From contig OZ242383.1 of assembly GCA_965209155.1 (NCBI GenBank), positions 3,328,001 to 3,392,000 on the forward strand: a stretch of 64,000 nucleotides of DNA, in the 5' to 3' direction. Within the stretch, counting starts at the first letter, position 1. Every line of letters begins with the position of its first letter. This DNA comes from a bacterium (GTDB lineage Bacteria; SAR324; NAC60-12). Below, piece after piece: positions 29,159 through 39,484 of the stretch. A program made the translations under genes and the position numbers. Under the pieces are notes generated by a model. It worked only from the letters and a program-made list of their open reading frames with translations. It was not told where the DNA came from and did not search any database.

Positions 29159-29574
29159 TCGTTGTAGATACAAACGTCATCGCCTATTTTTGGATTCCTG
29201 GTAGTTACACCCGGGATGCAGAGCAGCTCCTTCAAGTTGATCCAGAGTGGAAAGTCCCACTCCTATGGAAATCGGAATTCCGTAATGTTCTCATTAACTA
29301 TATCCGTCATGAGCTTTTAACACTGGATGTCGCCCTGCAAGTGATATCAGATGCTGAAGCACAGTTGAAAGACCATGAGTATTCAGTTATTTCTTCGGAG
29401 GTACTCAAACTATCGAGTGACTCAAAATGTACTGCGTATGATTGTGAATTTGTTGCTCTGGCAGATGATTTGCGGCTACCTTTGATCACGACTGATAAAA
29501 AAATATTATCGGAGTTTCCGAGTGTGGCCCTTTCTATAGCAGATTATCTCGATAGACAAAATGAGAGTGGCTAA
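29155..29574 (+). CDS. PIN-domain (VapC-like) toxin
   Basis: IVVDTNVI, TAYDCEFVALA, LITTD; stop codon lies inside the attC R'' box. Confidence 0.9.
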   Translation: MIVVDTNVIAYFWIPGSYTRDAEQLLQVDPEWKVPLLWKSEFRNVLINYIRHELLTLDVALQVISDAEAQLKDHEYSVISSEVLKLSSDSKCTAYDCEFVALADDLRLPLITTDKKILSEFPSVALSIADYLDRQNESG

Positions 29575-29690
29575 CAAATCGTTGCTCCCGATTTTCACCG
29601 TAGTCGGTTCGCTTATCACGCAGAGTGAATTTACAAGTTCTTCGCTCCTTCCCACGTTATGGTGAAAAACGGGAGAACTCGGCGTTCGGC
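29569..29690 (+). other. attC site closing the TA cassette
   Basis: R'' GGCTAAC, AAATC, L'' GTT[G]CTCCCG..TTTTCACC pairs with GGTGAAAA..CGGGAGAAC, R' GTTCGGC; 122 bp. Confidence 0.8.
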
Positions 29691-30046
29691 TACCCATTGC
29701 CAGTCGAGCGGCTTGTCCGGATCGCACGTGCGTAACGCCACGGCGATGCGCAGATCCTCGCTCGGCTGCGTCGCACCCGGCACAGGTTTGGCAGCATCGA
29801 TCGGATGAATCCACTTTCCATCCTTGCTCTGTGTCGCGTGGAATACGTTGAAGCGCTGCAGCATATCGCCGGGGCCCAGCTCCGGAGTCTCCTTGACCTC
29901 CTCGACTTCGAGGCTCTCCTCGACCCAGGTGACCCCGCTCCAATCGGAAATGTAAAAAGTGCCGCCGCCACGCAGCGAGAGCAGTCTACTCGCACCTGAG
30001 CGCCGGCAGAGGTTAAGGAGCAAGGCAGGTAGGAAAGACATATCTT

Positions 30047-30262
30047 TTGGAATCTTTTGGCAAGGAGTGTTTTCCCCGGTTTCACATCTTTAATTTAGAA
30101 AAGGATGAGAAGCTTGCGCAGTTATTTGAAACGGATTTGAACCCGAAAAGAATCATTCAGGCACTGAATTTCATTTTGGATGAGGAAATAAATCTCGAGA
30201 GCGATCTTTTAATATTTGACGAAATTCAACGAGGTGGGGAATCGATGAAAGGGAATCAATAA
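30047..30262 (+). pseudogene. Fragment of an AAA+ ATPase (AAA_14/DUF4143-like)
   Basis: HIFNLE...LLIFDEIQ Walker B; no Walker A. Confidence 0.6.
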
Positions 30263-30323
30263 ATTTTTGAACATTCGAGAGCATAAAGTCCAGTAAGGAC
30301 TTTATCCCATGCAAAATCCGTGT

Positions 30324-31196
30324 TTAAATCGATGGGTTCTCCGAAGATACCTGAATAGTTTCCATTTTTTGTAAAAAAATAAAAAATTCTTTGTTACCGC
30401 TTTTTTTTCCTTCGATTGCCGAATCCGCCCACTTTAATACTTGGAATCCCGCTTCTTGGGCAACTTCGGTAATTTCTGATTTCACTCGTCGATGTACTGC
30501 AGGACTTTTCACAGACCCTCGTTTTTCCACATCAATCTTGCCTGCTTCAAACTGTGGTTTGACTAAGGCGATGACATGGCCCGCGGATTTCAGAAATCGT
30601 GATGCATGTGGAAAAATCTTTTTTAGCGATATGAATGAAGTGTCGATCACAATCAAATCCACCAGTACTCCAATTTGCTCAAATTCCAATGTGCGAATAT
30701 TGCTACGCTCCAGGCAAGTCACCCGGGGATCTTGTCGCAGCTCCCAAGCAAGCTGACCATATCCAACATCCACTGCATAAACATGGCTCACCCCATGGAG
30801 CAATAAGCAATGCGTGAAACCACCCGTCGATGCGCCAATATCCAACGCCGTCATTGCACGGGGGAAGAAACGAAAATTTCGCAAAGCCGCCTCCAGTTTC
30901 ACACCACCCCGGCTTACATAAGGGTGGTCTTTCGCTGAGACGCAGACATCCGCATGGGTTGGGATCAGTTTTCCGGATTTCTCCACCCGCTCGTTAGCGA
31001 CATAAACTTTACCTGCCAGGATCAAGGCTTGAGCTTTTTCGCGGGAAATCGCCAGTTCCCTTTCCACGAGAATCAAGTCGATTCGTTTCTTCAGAGATCG
31101 GTCTCCCATTTTTTGAATCGCAGCCCTTGGTTTGTCCGTGTCCAATCGATGACCTCTTTCATACCTGGAAAATGAATGACGCACGCTTATCTTCAA
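30324..31196 (-). CDS. tlyA: TlyA-family rRNA methyltransferase (start likely ATG 31109)
   Basis: S4 domain, YVSRGGVKL, LDIGASTGGFT, LVKPQFE. Confidence 0.92.
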   Translation of the reverse strand: MKISVRHSFSRYERGHRLDTDKPRAAIQKMGDRSLKKRIDLILVERELAISREKAQALILAGKVYVANERVEKSGKLIPTHADVCVSAKDHPYVSRGGVKLEAALRNFRFFPRAMTALDIGASTGGFTHCLLLHGVSHVYAVDVGYGQLAWELRQDPRVTCLERSNIRTLEFEQIGVLVDLIVIDTSFISLKKIFPHASRFLKSAGHVIALVKPQFEAGKIDVEKRGSVKSPAVHRRVKSEITEVAQEAGFQVLKWADSAIEGKKSGNKEFFIFLQKMETIQVSSENPSI

Positions 31197-31385
31197 ATTG
31201 AAGATCGTTTCCTTTAAAAATATACCAGAACAAATTCGACGGACGAATCGTTTCGGCTCATACTGTAAACGAGACGGCTACAGTGCTTTCCAAATTTTTA
31301 TTTGAAGGTAACCTTCATGGAAAAGTATTCCACCCCGGAGAATGAAAATAATTTCAAAGGGTTATCCCATTATTTTCACGGTAAA

Positions 31386-31470
31386 GTAACTATTCAGGTT
31401 TCTTTAGATCCCCCATTGATTTTAGCACAGGTTTTGCGTGGCATAGAGTCCGGAATGGACTATATGCTCT
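31386..31470 (+). mobile_element. Isolated left-end fragment of an IS66 isoform
   Basis: GTAACTATTCAGG...GCACAGGTTTTGC..GGCATA..GTCC, similar to the reverse complement of 15941-16025. Confidence 0.75.
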
Positions 31471-31724
31471 TCCGGCCCTGGAAAAATACTGTATAATCGC
31501 TTTGTAAAAGTTTTTAAAGTTTTTTTGGCACTATTCCATTCCCCGATGACCTTTTCAAATTATCTACATGAGGAGGAAAAGAAATTTTTACATGATTTTC
31601 GGCTCAATAAAACAGGACGACCTTGAAAGAAAATCTTCAGCCCAAGACGATTTCTTGAAAACAAACACAAAAGAACGATGATGGCAAAATCCTGGTAGAT
31701 TTCAGGATCCCCCTCAGTAACCTC

Positions 31725-31900
31725 ATCTATAACAATATGAGGAGGTCAATCGATTATTTGGCTCCTCTTACTCCTATGTGGCGGGTGCTTGTCAAATCCT
31801 GGACTTGATCCTTGCTGCTCTCTGTGTCAGTCCCTGAAAATACTGCGCAAGCCTGCCCTTCCCGGAGCGAAATGCATAGCATTCAGAGCGCATCATTTCG
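31725..31900 (+). repeat. Diverged second copy of the IS91-like end region at ~3935-4110
   Basis: Shared blocks CTATAACAATAT..GAGGAGGTCAATCGATT, GTGCTTGTC..ATCCTGGA.TTGATCCT, TGAAAATAC, CCTGCCCTTCC.GGAGCGAAA. Confidence 0.65.
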
Positions 31901-32036
31901 CGCTTCACCAGACGCCCAATTGTGCTTTTCACCCAATATTGTGCTAGACTGTCAGTTCATTTTCAGGACACTGGATACTATCGGGTGGGCGAAAGTGACC
32001 TTAACGTTGCGCATAAAACATAAATAAGGAGAGCCA

Positions 32037-32441
32037 ATGGGAGTATTTAGTGTACCAATACAGCTTAAAAATTGGCAAAACCGATTTCTCTCAGAAGAAA
32101 AGAGAGGAGAAGACATTACCTGTGATGCCTTGGTGGATTCCGGAGCCGCCGAATTGGCTCTCCCCGTAGAAATTATTAATCGTCTCAAATTAGAAGAATC
32201 AGGGGACGTTCGCGTCTACACTGCTGATGGTGGGGAACATGAATATCGAGTATTTGGAATGGTAGAAGTTGAGGTTGGTGGTCGTATTTGTCATGTTCGT
32301 GCAATTGAACTGCCCCACGGAGCAGAACCTCTACTCGGAGCCGTGCCACTTGAAGAGATGGATTGGCATATATCTCCTCAAGAGAAAAAACTTGTACCTA
32401 ACCCCCGTTCTCCTGAAAAACCGCTTTTGCCACTATGTTAA
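32037..32441 (+). CDS. Clan AA (retropepsin-like) aspartic protease
   Basis: ALVDSGA, PLLGAVPLE; GGAG RBS. Confidence 0.85.
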   Translation: MGVFSVPIQLKNWQNRFLSEEKRGEDITCDALVDSGAAELALPVEIINRLKLEESGDVRVYTADGGEHEYRVFGMVEVEVGGRICHVRAIELPHGAEPLLGAVPLEEMDWHISPQEKKLVPNPRSPEKPLLPLC

Positions 32442-32550
32442 TTGCAGGTATGCTAATCAAATGAAGCATTTTCTCAACCAGGTCAGTTCAGTTTTGGATG
32501 CTCTCGAGGGAAAAATTCATTTAAGGTATTGAAAACAGGAAAGCAGAAAA

Positions 32551-32636
32551 TAAGATCGAGTGAAGAAACTGAAGAAATAATAGCTGGCATTCCCCATATG
32601 AATATTTAAGATCGAGTGAAGAAACTGAAGAAATAA
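32551..32636. repeat. Two identical 30-bp direct repeats, 26 bp apart
   Basis: TAAGATCGAGTGAAGAAACTGAAGAAATAA at 32551 and 32607. Confidence 0.85.
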
Positions 32637-32801
32637 AGGAGTGACGCTCGATCGAGGACGACTCGAATTTCCGGTTGACGTGAAGCATTCGGCACCGATA
32701 CGAATCTCCGGGCAACGGATTGACGTTCCGTAAAATGTGACGCCAAAGGACGGCAATGTATAATTCCCCTTGAATATCTGAATTTTACCATATATTATAT
32801 A

Positions 32802-34994
32802 TTGACGCTTCGGCAGCATGGATCAATTCAAACCCGGATCGGAAAGGAACTTGATTTGGACGCAATCGTATTATGGATCATCGTATTGGGAGTATCGGGT
32901 CTGGCAATCGCCTTGGTTTATGCGCGGAAAACGGCGGCCATTCCCATTGACGAAGGTATAGAATCAGCGGAGCAAGCCAGACAATTGCGTTCCATTCACG
33001 GGGCCATTGCGGAAGGCGCCATGGCATTTTTGAACCAACAGTATCGCTATCTCGCCATATTCATCATCGTCTTTGCCTTGATCATCACCTTTTTGATCGA
33101 CGATCCTCACACACCGGAGGTCAACGAAGGCATTTATACTGCCATTGCCTTCATACTGGGTTGCCTGATTTCCCTCATCTCCGGATTCATCGGCATGAGA
33201 ATTGCGACGGTGGGCAACGTACGAGTAACGGTTTCTGCGAGAGCCTCCATCGAAAAAGCATTCAACATCGCTCTGAAATCCGGCGCGGTGATGGGATTTG
33301 GTCTGGTCGGACTGGCGGTCGTTGGTTTGATTCTGATCTACGTGATATTGCATGCCCTCCTGCCTGAGCTGGACACGCATATCTTGATGGAAGTGATTGC
33401 AGGGTTCGGCTTGGGAGGCTCTTCCATCGCCCTCTTCGCCCGGGTTGGAGGCGGTATTTTTACGAAAGCGGCCGACGTGGGGGCGGATCTCGTGGGAAAA
33501 GTGGAACAGGGGATTCCGGAAGACGATCCGAGAAATCCTGCCGTGATCGCCGACAACGTCGGGGACAACGTCGGGGATGTTGCCGGAATGGGCGCCGACT
33601 TGTTCGGTTCCTGCGCAGAAAGCACTTGCGCCGCTTTGGTTATCGGAGCGGTTGCTTTTGCCGCCAACCTTCAGGCCCTGCTTTATCCCATCCTGATTTC
33701 CGCCATTGGTATCCCGGTCAGCCTGGTTACCCTGATGCTCATCCGCGTGAAGCAGGAAAGCGACGTCGCACCTGCTCTCAAACGCATACTACTGATTGCG
33801 ACGGCCTTGATGGCCGTTGTCATTTTCTTTGTCACTTTGTGGCTTTTGCCCGATTCTTTTGAAATCAATGGAATTGCATATACCAACCTCGGAATTTTTT
33901 TCTGTTTCCTTTCCGGACTGGTTGGCGGACTGGTCATCGGGCTTTTCACCGAGCGATACACTTCCCACGATTACAAATATGTTCGTGAAGTGGCCAAATC
34001 CACGGAAACCGGCGCGGCCACGAATATTATTTTTGGCCTGGCACTGGGATATTTCAGTTCCGTACCGGCTATCCTGGCCATCGCAATCAGCGTCTTCATT
34101 TCATTTCAACTGGGAGGAATGTATGGCGTGGCGATTGCCTCCCTGGGTATGCTGGGGACTTTGGTCGTCGCCCTCACTATCGATGCTTATGGACCCGTAG
34201 CCGACAATGCCGGTGGCATCGCAGAGATGGCGGGAATGGGAAAAGACGTGCGGGAACGCACGGATTTACTGGACGCCGCAGGGAACACGACTGCGGCGAT
34301 TGGTAAGGGTTTTGCAATCGGGTCGGCAATCTTGACGGCCTTGGCGTTGATCACCGCATTTCTGACCCGGGCCAATTTACTGGATCCGGAAGCTCGCATC
34401 CTGGAAAGCATCAACCTGGTCGATCCCCTGGTATTGACTTGTTTGTTCATCGGTGCGGTCTTGCCTTTCTTTTTTTCAGCCATGACCATGAAATCCGTAG
34501 GCAAAGCGGCCTATGACATGATCGAGGAGGTGCGGCGACAATTCAAATCCATCCCGGGATTGATGGAAGGAAAAGCCACTCCCGACTATCGAAAATGCGT
34601 GGAAATTTCCACGGCAGCTGCTTTACGGGAAATGATACCTCCCGGAATTCTGATTTTTGCCACTCCCTTGATCGTCGGATTTTTATTTGGCATTCCCGCC
34701 GTTGCGGGAATCCTGATCGGGTCGCTGATTACGGGGGGCGTGCTGGCCATTGCTTCTGCCAATTCAGGAGGCGCCTGGGATAATGCGAAAAAATTCATCG
34801 AAACCGGAGAATTGGGAGGAAAAGGCTCTGAGGCTCATAAAGCTGCTGTGGTAGGAGATACCGTAGGAGATCCATTCAAAGACACTTCCGGGCCCTCCCT
34901 GAACATCCTGATCAAACTTTCAGCAATTCTGAGCCTGGTGTTTGTGCCGTTTTTTGTCCAATACGGAGGAATACTGAGCGGGTTTATCAAGTAA
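32802..34994 (+). CDS. hppA: Membrane-bound pyrophosphatase, K+-dependent type (start uncertain)
   Basis: [36 protein letters not shown]. Confidence 0.95.
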   Translation: MTLRQHGSIQTRIGKELDLDAIVLWIIVLGVSGLAIALVYARKTAAIPIDEGIESAEQARQLRSIHGAIAEGAMAFLNQQYRYLAIFIIVFALIITFLIDDPHTPEVNEGIYTAIAFILGCLISLISGFIGMRIATVGNVRVTVSARASIEKAFNIALKSGAVMGFGLVGLAVVGLILIYVILHALLPELDTHILMEVIAGFGLGGSSIALFARVGGGIFTKAADVGADLVGKVEQGIPEDDPRNPAVIADNVGDNVGDVAGMGADLFGSCAESTCAALVIGAVAFAANLQALLYPILISAIGIPVSLVTLMLIRVKQESDVAPALKRILLIATALMAVVIFFVTLWLLPDSFEINGIAYTNLGIFFCFLSGLVGGLVIGLFTERYTSHDYKYVREVAKSTETGAATNIIFGLALGYFSSVPAILAIAISVFISFQLGGMYGVAIASLGMLGTLVVALTIDAYGPVADNAGGIAEMAGMGKDVRERTDLLDAAGNTTAAIGKGFAIGSAILTALALITAFLTRANLLDPEARILESINLVDPLVLTCLFIGAVLPFFFSAMTMKSVGKAAYDMIEEVRRQFKSIPGLMEGKATPDYRKCVEISTAAALREMIPPGILIFATPLIVGFLFGIPAVAGILIGSLITGGVLAIASANSGGAWDNAKKFIETGELGGKGSEAHKAAVVGDTVGDPFKDTSGPSLNILIKLSAILSLVFVPFFVQYGGILSGFIK

Positions 34995-35558
34995 TTAATC
35001 TCATTAAACCACCAGCTCTGCTGGTGCGAACCTAATAGGCTTTGCCGGTCAGACATGAGAAACGTAACCGTGTCCGTGAGCCGTGCTCGTGCTCGTGAAC
35101 GGTCAGTGAATTCGACGGCACATTTTGGTTAACATAGAAACAATGCGATGAAGTAACTGTTTCCCTTCGTCAAATAAAGGAGGCTGGATGATCTTCAACA
35201 CGTTTAAAACATCGAGAATAGCAGCGCATTCCATTGCGGAACCTCGGGCAAATGCATAGAATCGTTGCTTGTCAGGAAAGGAATTTTTTCCACAGCCTTC
35301 TGCGATATTGAGAGGAATCGACCATGAGGCCCTTTTCAGTTGGTCAACTAAGGCTGAGTATCCTTTTGGCAATGTTTCGATGACTTGGACAAATAACGCT
35401 AAAAATTCGATGGAAGATTGGTATACATCGAGTTTTTCATGATCTAACATGGCAGCCTTTTTCGTTCACGAGCACGAGCACGTCATACGATGACGAACAC
35501 GTTTTGCCCTCATACTGGGGGCCTCTTCAAGCCACCGGCTCTGCCGGTGGTGATGACT
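34992..35558 (+). mobile_element. Non-autonomous IS200/IS605-ended element carrying a four-helix-bundle gene (copy 1)
   Basis: Near-identical to 44425-44991 with unrelated flanks and no TSD. End hairpins CACCAGC-TCT-GCTGGTG (35010-35026) and CCACCGGC-TCT-GCCGGTGG (35532-35550). Confidence 0.85.
35103..35450 (-). CDS. Four-helix-bundle protein (23S rRNA IVP / TIGR02436-like)
   Basis: [36 protein letters not shown] motifs. Confidence 0.9.
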   Translation of the reverse strand: MLDHEKLDVYQSSIEFLALFVQVIETLPKGYSALVDQLKRASWSIPLNIAEGCGKNSFPDKQRFYAFARGSAMECAAILDVLNVLKIIQPPLFDEGKQLLHRIVSMLTKMCRRIH

Positions 35559-35593
35559 TTCAACCCTCTCTTCTTTGGTATCGACAACAATGG

Positions 35594-36790
35594 TCAAGTA
35601 GTATGCTCCAGGGCGCTTTCCAGGATAGAAAGTCCTTCCTCGAGTTCCTCTTTGTTGATATTGAGCGCTGGAAAAATGCGGATACCATTGCCCTGGGTCT
35701 GTCTGACAAAGAGGCCTTGCTCCTGACAGTAATCGGTGATGGCAGTAGCCGTCTGCTCCTCTTGAAATTCCAGGAGCAGCAGCAATCCTTTTCCACGCGC
35801 TTCAGAAATCAGGCCAGGATATTTTTGCTGCCAGTTTCCCATGCGTTGCAAGGCGAGTTTGCTCATGGTTGCCACATTCGAGGAGATGTCATGGTCCAGT
35901 AAATAGCGGATCACGGCATAGGAAACCGCGCATCCGAGAGGATTGCCGCAATAGGTGCCCCCATGATCTCCTACTTCAAATTGCAAGGCAACTGATTCGG
36001 AAACGGCAAATGCGCCCAGGGGGAACCCGCCGGCCATTCCTTTGGCCATGGTAAAAAAATCGGCTTCCATATCCAAGGAATCGATTGCGAACATCGGACC
36101 CGTCCTGCAGAATCCCGTCTGGATTTCATCGATTATCAACAAACTGCCGTTGGCTTTACAAAGTCGGGAGACCGTTTCCAAATATCCCGCAGAGGGGACT
36201 TTCACGCCACCTTCACCCTGTACCGGCTCCAAGATGACGGCGGCTACCTTTGAGTCCAATGCCTCTTCCAGGGCAGGGACGTCATCAAAAGGGATGAATC
36301 GATAATTGGGCATCACCGGATTGAATTTGGCGCGATGCTGCGCCTGTCCCGTTGCGGATACCGTGCTGATGGTCCTGCCGTGGAAACTTTGATTGGTCGA
36401 AATCACGTCCGGCCTTCCCGTGACTTTACGTGCCATTTTCAAGGAAGCGTCATTGGCTTCCGCGCCGCTGTTGGAAAAAAAAACTCTTGTCAGCTTGTCG
36501 GGCAACACCTGCTGCAAGAGTTCCAGCAATCGCGCCCGTGGCGGGGAATAGGTCAATCCCGAGTTAGGATTCTGAATTATTTTCCGTCCTTGCTCCTGCA
36601 AGGCATTCGTGATGACGGAATTAGCGTGCCCAATGGAAGTCACTCCCCATCCTGAAGTAAAATCGATGTATTTGCGATTGTTTTCATCCCAAACATACAC
36701 TCCTTCTCCACGCGTAATGGAAATTGGAATTTTTTGAAAAAAAGGTGGGGAGTGCTTATCTTCAATTTCCATGGTTCTTGTGGTCGTCAT
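35594..36790 (-). CDS. argD: Class III PLP aminotransferase, acetylornithine aminotransferase-like
   Basis: NSGAEAN, SFHGRT, EPVQGEGG, DEIQTG, AKGMAGG, HGGTYCGNP. Confidence 0.85.
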   Translation of the reverse strand: MTTTRTMEIEDKHSPPFFQKIPISITRGEGVYVWDENNRKYIDFTSGWGVTSIGHANSVITNALQEQGRKIIQNPNSGLTYSPPRARLLELLQQVLPDKLTRVFFSNSGAEANDASLKMARKVTGRPDVISTNQSFHGRTISTVSATGQAQHRAKFNPVMPNYRFIPFDDVPALEEALDSKVAAVILEPVQGEGGVKVPSAGYLETVSRLCKANGSLLIIDEIQTGFCRTGPMFAIDSLDMEADFFTMAKGMAGGFPLGAFAVSESVALQFEVGDHGGTYCGNPLGCAVSYAVIRYLLDHDISSNVATMSKLALQRMGNWQQKYPGLISEARGKGLLLLLEFQEEQTATAITDYCQEQGLFVRQTQGNGIRIFPALNINKEELEEGLSILESALEHTT

Positions 36791-37157
36791 TATGTCCCTG
36801 TTCCTTTCCGTACTTCGTTTGATGGAGGATTTTCGAGAATTGTCACGTTGCCGCGGTCACTGCATTCGAGTGGTTCGACCCAATACCGCGAATTTCCCCG
36901 AACGGCTTGCCATAATGCGTGAAATTGTAACAAAGGGCAGGAAGATAAACAAGCGAAAGCCTCCTCGTAAAACAAAGGCGGGTTTCGACGTGTCGAGGTA
37001 CTATTCCGGGATTGTTGATAATTGTCTTAAGTATCATACCCAAACCATGTATCATATACTGGAAAATCATATCGCTTCACCCACGATATCGTTAGATTGA
37101 TACCACGCTATCGATCATCGAAGGGGTAGGAACCCCATATCGAAAATGATTTTTTAA

Positions 37158-38369
37158 GTGCATTTTTCGTCATCGGATTTTGAAATGAAACCACTGGAAA
37201 TTGAAGCCCCCAATCGCGTTCTTTCATGGGTCAATCATGAACTGGGCAACGACGAGATGCGCATGATTCGGAACATGGCTGGTCTGCCATGTATATTTAA
37301 ACACATCGCTCTCATGCCGGATGCCCATCTCGGCAAAGGGGCGATGGTGGGTTCCGTAATCGCTACAAAAGACGCCATCATTCCCGCAGCAGTGGGAGTA
37401 GACATCGGCTGTGGGATGATGGCCAGAAAGTTGCCGTTCAAAGCATCGGCACTGGAAGGGAAATTACACGATCTGCGACTTGCCATTGAATCCAAAATCC
37501 CGCTCGGATTCGACGGAAACAAACGTATCGAGAAACCCGTGGAACAATGGAGAGGCTGGAAACGATTCAAGGACCTCCATCCCGGAGTGCAGAAAAAAAG
37601 TGAAAAAGCCCTCTCCCAACTGGGATCACTGGGAGGGGGAAACCATTTTATCGAGATTTGTATCGACTACGATTCGGCAGATCCCCATGTTTGGTTAATG
37701 CTGCACAGTGGATCCCGACATATCGGAAATGCGCTGGCAAGCTGTCATATCAGCACTGCCAAACATTTACGAAAGCTGATGGATCAACTCGTTCCGGATC
37801 CCGACCTGTCTTATTTCGTCCAGGGAACGCAAGAATTCAACGCATATTGGCAGGACCTGCAATGGGCGCAGAAATATGCTTTTAAAAACCGTGAAATCAT
37901 GATGGATCGCCTGATGATTATCATGGCCAGGTACTTGAATGAGAGGGAACCTTTTGCTGTGGAATTATCGGTCAATTGTCACCACAACTATGCCAGTCTG
38001 GAACACCATTTTGGTGAGGACGTTTTTGTGACGCGAAAAGGGGCGGTTGCTGCAAACACGGACGATTACGGAATCATTCCGGGGTCGATGGGAACCAAGT
38101 CGTACATCGTACGAGGAAAAGGCAATTCCCACAGTTTTTATTCCTGCAGCCATGGCGCAGGGCGCGCCATGTCCAGAAACCAGGCAAAAAAACGCTTTTC
38201 CCTCAGAGATTTGGAGCATCAGACCACAGGCGTGGAATGCCGGAAAGATAAAGGCGTGCTGGATGAAATTCCAGGGGCTTACAAAGACATCGATGAGGTC
38301 ATGGAAGCACAGGCAGACCTGGTGGAAATCGTCGCCTGTCTCAAACAAGTGCTCTGCGTAAAAGGATAG
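37158..38369 (+). CDS. rtcB: RtcB-family RNA ligase (start likely ATG 37184)
   Basis: MPDAHLG, GVDIGCGM, GGGNHFIE, LHSGSR, HHNYA, HGAGR, DEIPGAYK. Confidence 0.95.
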   Translation: MHFSSSDFEMKPLEIEAPNRVLSWVNHELGNDEMRMIRNMAGLPCIFKHIALMPDAHLGKGAMVGSVIATKDAIIPAAVGVDIGCGMMARKLPFKASALEGKLHDLRLAIESKIPLGFDGNKRIEKPVEQWRGWKRFKDLHPGVQKKSEKALSQLGSLGGGNHFIEICIDYDSADPHVWLMLHSGSRHIGNALASCHISTAKHLRKLMDQLVPDPDLSYFVQGTQEFNAYWQDLQWAQKYAFKNREIMMDRLMIIMARYLNEREPFAVELSVNCHHNYASLEHHFGEDVFVTRKGAVAANTDDYGIIPGSMGTKSYIVRGKGNSHSFYSCSHGAGRAMSRNQAKKRFSLRDLEHQTTGVECRKDKGVLDEIPGAYKDIDEVMEAQADLVEIVACLKQVLCVKG

Positions 38370-38371
38370 CG

Positions 38372-39484
38372 ATGATTTTTTTTCGTTATGTCTTTGGTCA
38401 AATGTTGCTTCCCTATCTCATGGGAGTGCTGATTCTGACCTTCATCTTTTCCCTGGATACCATCTATCAACTGATCCATTTGCTGGTCATCAAAGGCGCA
38501 GGTAGTAGCGTGATCTGGCTTGTTTTTTACCGCATGCCTCAATTTTTGGCCTCAACCCTGCCTTTGGGGGTGGTCATTGCCGTGATGGTGGTGATGACGC
38601 GACTCTCCATGGACCTGGAAATTACGGCAATGCGGTCAATGGGAACGGGGATCCGCGTCTTTGTTCAACCCGTATTGGTTTTCGGATTGCTGGTCACGGG
38701 AATGACCTACTTGATGACATTGTGGGCCCAACCGATGGGATACGCAGCATTTGAAAGAGAAAAATTGAAACTGCTCCGTTCCCATGCTTCCGGACAAATC
38801 CGACCCAAAGTGATCAATGAAGATTTCAATGGCAAAATCCTTTATGTGGATGGCAAATCAAGCAATGACCATCTAGCGGGAGTTTTCATCGCAGACCGGG
38901 AACTCAAGAAACAATCCATGGTAATTATGGCCGATCAAGGAAAAATATCTCTGCAGGAGGAGGAACAAGCGATCGAACTGAAACTGTTTGACGGGACCAT
39001 TCATCTCACTGCAATCAAACCGGAGGTTTATCGCACGGTGACTTTCAAGGTACTGGATTATATTTTTGATGCTCCCAGAGTAAATGAAGTCAATTCCAGC
39101 ATCTGGGGAGTGCCCACCCGTGAACTTCTCGATCTCGACCGGAAAAAAGCTCTCCTGGAATTGTTACTTCGCATGACGACTCCGTTGGCCGGCGTGGTAT
39201 TCGCGCTCGCGTCCATTAACCTGGGCATCACAGATCCCAGAAGTGGACGTACAGGCGCTTACTTACGAGCTGTGATCCTGGTCATCGTCTACTATATCTT
39301 GTGGTTGGGATCCAAAAACCTGTCCTTCAAGAATATCGTCTCTCCACATCTTTTGTGGGGCCCTCCTGCGATCATCCTAATATATGGAATTTATACCCTT
39401 TACAAACTGCGCTACAACCCGGAACATCTGCCGCTCACTCTGCAACTATGGTGGTCGGGCAATTCAAAATCCAATGCCTCATGA
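38372..39484 (+). CDS. LptF/LptG-family LPS export permease
   Basis: RLSMDLEITAMRSMG motif; three N-terminal and three C-terminal TM segments around a periplasmic region. Confidence 0.85.
   Translation: MIFFRYVFGQMLLPYLMGVLILTFIFSLDTIYQLIHLLVIKGAGSSVIWLVFYRMPQFLASTLPLGVVIAVMVVMTRLSMDLEITAMRSMGTGIRVFVQPVLVFGLLVTGMTYLMTLWAQPMGYAAFEREKLKLLRSHASGQIRPKVINEDFNGKILYVDGKSSNDHLAGVFIADRELKKQSMVIMADQGKISLQEEEQAIELKLFDGTIHLTAIKPEVYRTVTFKVLDYIFDAPRVNEVNSSIWGVPTRELLDLDRKKALLELLLRMTTPLAGVVFALASINLGITDPRSGRTGAYLRAVILVIVYYILWLGSKNLSFKNIVSPHLLWGPPAIILIYGIYTLYKLRYNPEHLPLTLQLWWSGNSKSNAS

Noticed and set aside
29506..30085. Overlapping minus-strand ORFs in a GC-rich patch
   Set aside because: Three competing frames with no recognisable motif, two of which run through the attC site; probably a gene fragment.
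30350..30361. IS66 TIR-like CCTGAATAGTT
   Set aside because: It lies inside the tlyA 3' end, lacks the terminal AC and has no adjoining IS sequence.
32551..32636. CRISPR array
   Set aside because: Only two repeats, not palindromic, and no cas genes.
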